From Octopus vulgaris (Eukaryota): a stretch of 64,000 nucleotides of DNA. A program made the translations under genes and the position numbers. The notes below the pieces were generated by a model. It had not been told where the DNA came from, ran no database searches, and was given only the letters and a program-made list of their open reading frames with translations. Location: contig OX597823.1 of the NCBI GenBank assembly GCA_951406725.2, forward strand, positions 84,134,001 to 84,198,000, read 5' to 3'. Below are positions 62,251-64,000 of the stretch, in pieces. Within the stretch, counting starts at the first letter, position 1. Every line of letters starts with the position of its first letter.

Positions 62251-64000
62251 ACAAATGTGAAGTAACGTAATTAAATGCCACAAAACAGTTGGTCCATCCC
62301 TTTTCTGATTCTTGTGACGCACTTCACTGAACTTATACCTTTACATCACATCTACCAGATTCTATGAAGCCTGTGAAGTCAACCATGTTAACATCTGAAC
62401 TCAGAAATTAAACACTCAAATTATAATGAGCCGTTAAGACTGGTGCTCCACCAGTTATGCCATCCCTGCCTCCACACTTTGTGTGCTAAGATTATGGCTT
62501 CAGATTTTGGCCCAAGGCTAGCAATTTTAGGGGTGAGAGTAAGGCATTTATATGGACCCTAAGGCACAACTGATACTTATTTTATTGACCTTGTTAGGAT
62601 ACAAGGCTAAGTCAACCTTGGCATAATTTGAACTCAGAATGTAGAAAGAAAGAAAGAGAGAGCTTACTAAATGCTACTCTGCTCCCTCCCAATGCTTTAT
62701 TTTGTACGTTAAGACAACACTTTCAAATTTTAGTGCAAAGCCAGCAATTTTAGGGGTTAATAAGTTGTTTACTTGATTCTTGTGCACAGTTGGTACTTAT
62801 TTTATCGACCTTGAAAGGATTAAAGGAAAAGTCGACCTTGGCAGAATTTGACTCAGAACATAGAGCTGGGAGAAATGTCACTAAATGTTTTGAGCTGATG
62901 GGCGAACGACTCTGCTGGTTCACTGCTGTGAGTGTGTTAAAATATTGAATTTTAGCATAAATGTACACAAGGCCATGAATATGAGATTTTGGGAATGGCT
63001 GATTCAATCAATTGGTACTTTATTTCATCAACCCTAGAAAGATAAAGAGCAAACCTGACTTGGACTGGATTTGAACTCAGAATGTAAAGAGCAACTGCGC
63101 GCTCGTGAGAGAGAGAGAGAAGGAGAGATGTTACTAAATGCCTGGCAGCATTTAGTAATGTTCACCTCTCTGTCACTTTTGTATGATAAAATAATGTAAG
63201 ACAAGTCTCTGATAAGACCATTCCACCACCTTAATTCCAAGAATAAAGATAACTATAATCTGTTAGTTGAAGTCTTCGTTTTATCAGCCGAGATCTTTGG
63301 GAGGCCACATAATTCTGTCGTCTTTCTGCAGGACAATAGCTATATTATAAAGAATTATGAATTAATAATGGTACAAGAAGTACTAATTAAGTTAGTTATT
63401 TCAAAACGGTAATTCTATGTTGTCTAAGTTGACAGTTTTGTTTAGCCTCAAGTTGGCTTTGATTCAAGCAGATTTATAATAATGAGACATTCCAGCCATG
63501 GCTATAGTGTTGGTTTTTTTTCTTTTTTCTGTTTTAATATTTTTGTTGGGGTTTTCAGTTTTATTCAGGACTACATTAGGTGCAGGGATGGCTGTGTGGT
63601 AAGACGCTTGCTTCCCAACTACATGGTTCTGGGTTCAGTCCCACTATGTGGCATCTTTGCCTCGTGTCTTCTACTATAGCCTCAGGCTAACCAAAGCCTC
63701 GTGAGTGGATTTGGTTGATGGAAACTGAAAGAAGCTCATCATGTGTGTGTGTGTGTGTGTGTGTGTGCCTGTGCCTTTCTGTCTGTGTTTGTGACCCCGT
63801 AACTTAGCAGTTTGACAAATAAGTACCTGGTTTCAAAAAGAAGTGGTGGTGGTGGTGGTGGTGGTGGGGTGGGCTCTAGTCATTCATCTAATAGTTTGAG
63901 GCGGTGCCCCAGCATGGTCACAGCCTGTTGACTGAAACAAGTAAAAGATAAAAGATATCCAGTCTCTCCTTCCTATTTCAAAACAATCAGGTGTGAGGGA

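Noticed and set aside
63332-63370. Possible next UGGT exon after TCTTTCTGCAG
   Set aside because: Reads GTIAIL-stop instead of the expected YKILFLD.

Overview
Eukaryotic genomic DNA, most likely an octopus/coleoid cephalopod (inferred from the SINE/RTE repeat content, not database-checked). The window lies entirely inside one + strand gene, UDP-glucose:glycoprotein glucosyltransferase (UGGT). I reconstructed 30 internal coding exons by eye (573-60273, 3278 nt, about 1092 codons). They splice into one open frame with consistent phases, running from the N-terminal LSGYxVELAIKSTEYK motif to the start of the GT24 catalytic domain. The start exons and the last exons lie outside the window. One intron (44275-49009) needs a GC donor. 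Introns are packed with tRNA-derived CORE-, Meta- and V-type SINEs, RTE LINE 3' ends, a CR1 fragment, Helitron and Helentron-like elements, piggyBac/hAT/mariner-like MITEs and microsatellites. Almost all supplied ORFs are repeat artefacts. The most interesting leads are: (1) a 2.3-kb composite retroelement with about 5.7 near-identical 248-bp monomers fused to an RTE 3' end; (2) a CCAAT cluster followed by a cryptic 51-nt exon whose ATG is in frame with the catalytic-domain exons; (3) a precise 5' tRNA-Lys half fused to an RTE tail; (4) several long hairpins or palindromes near exons.
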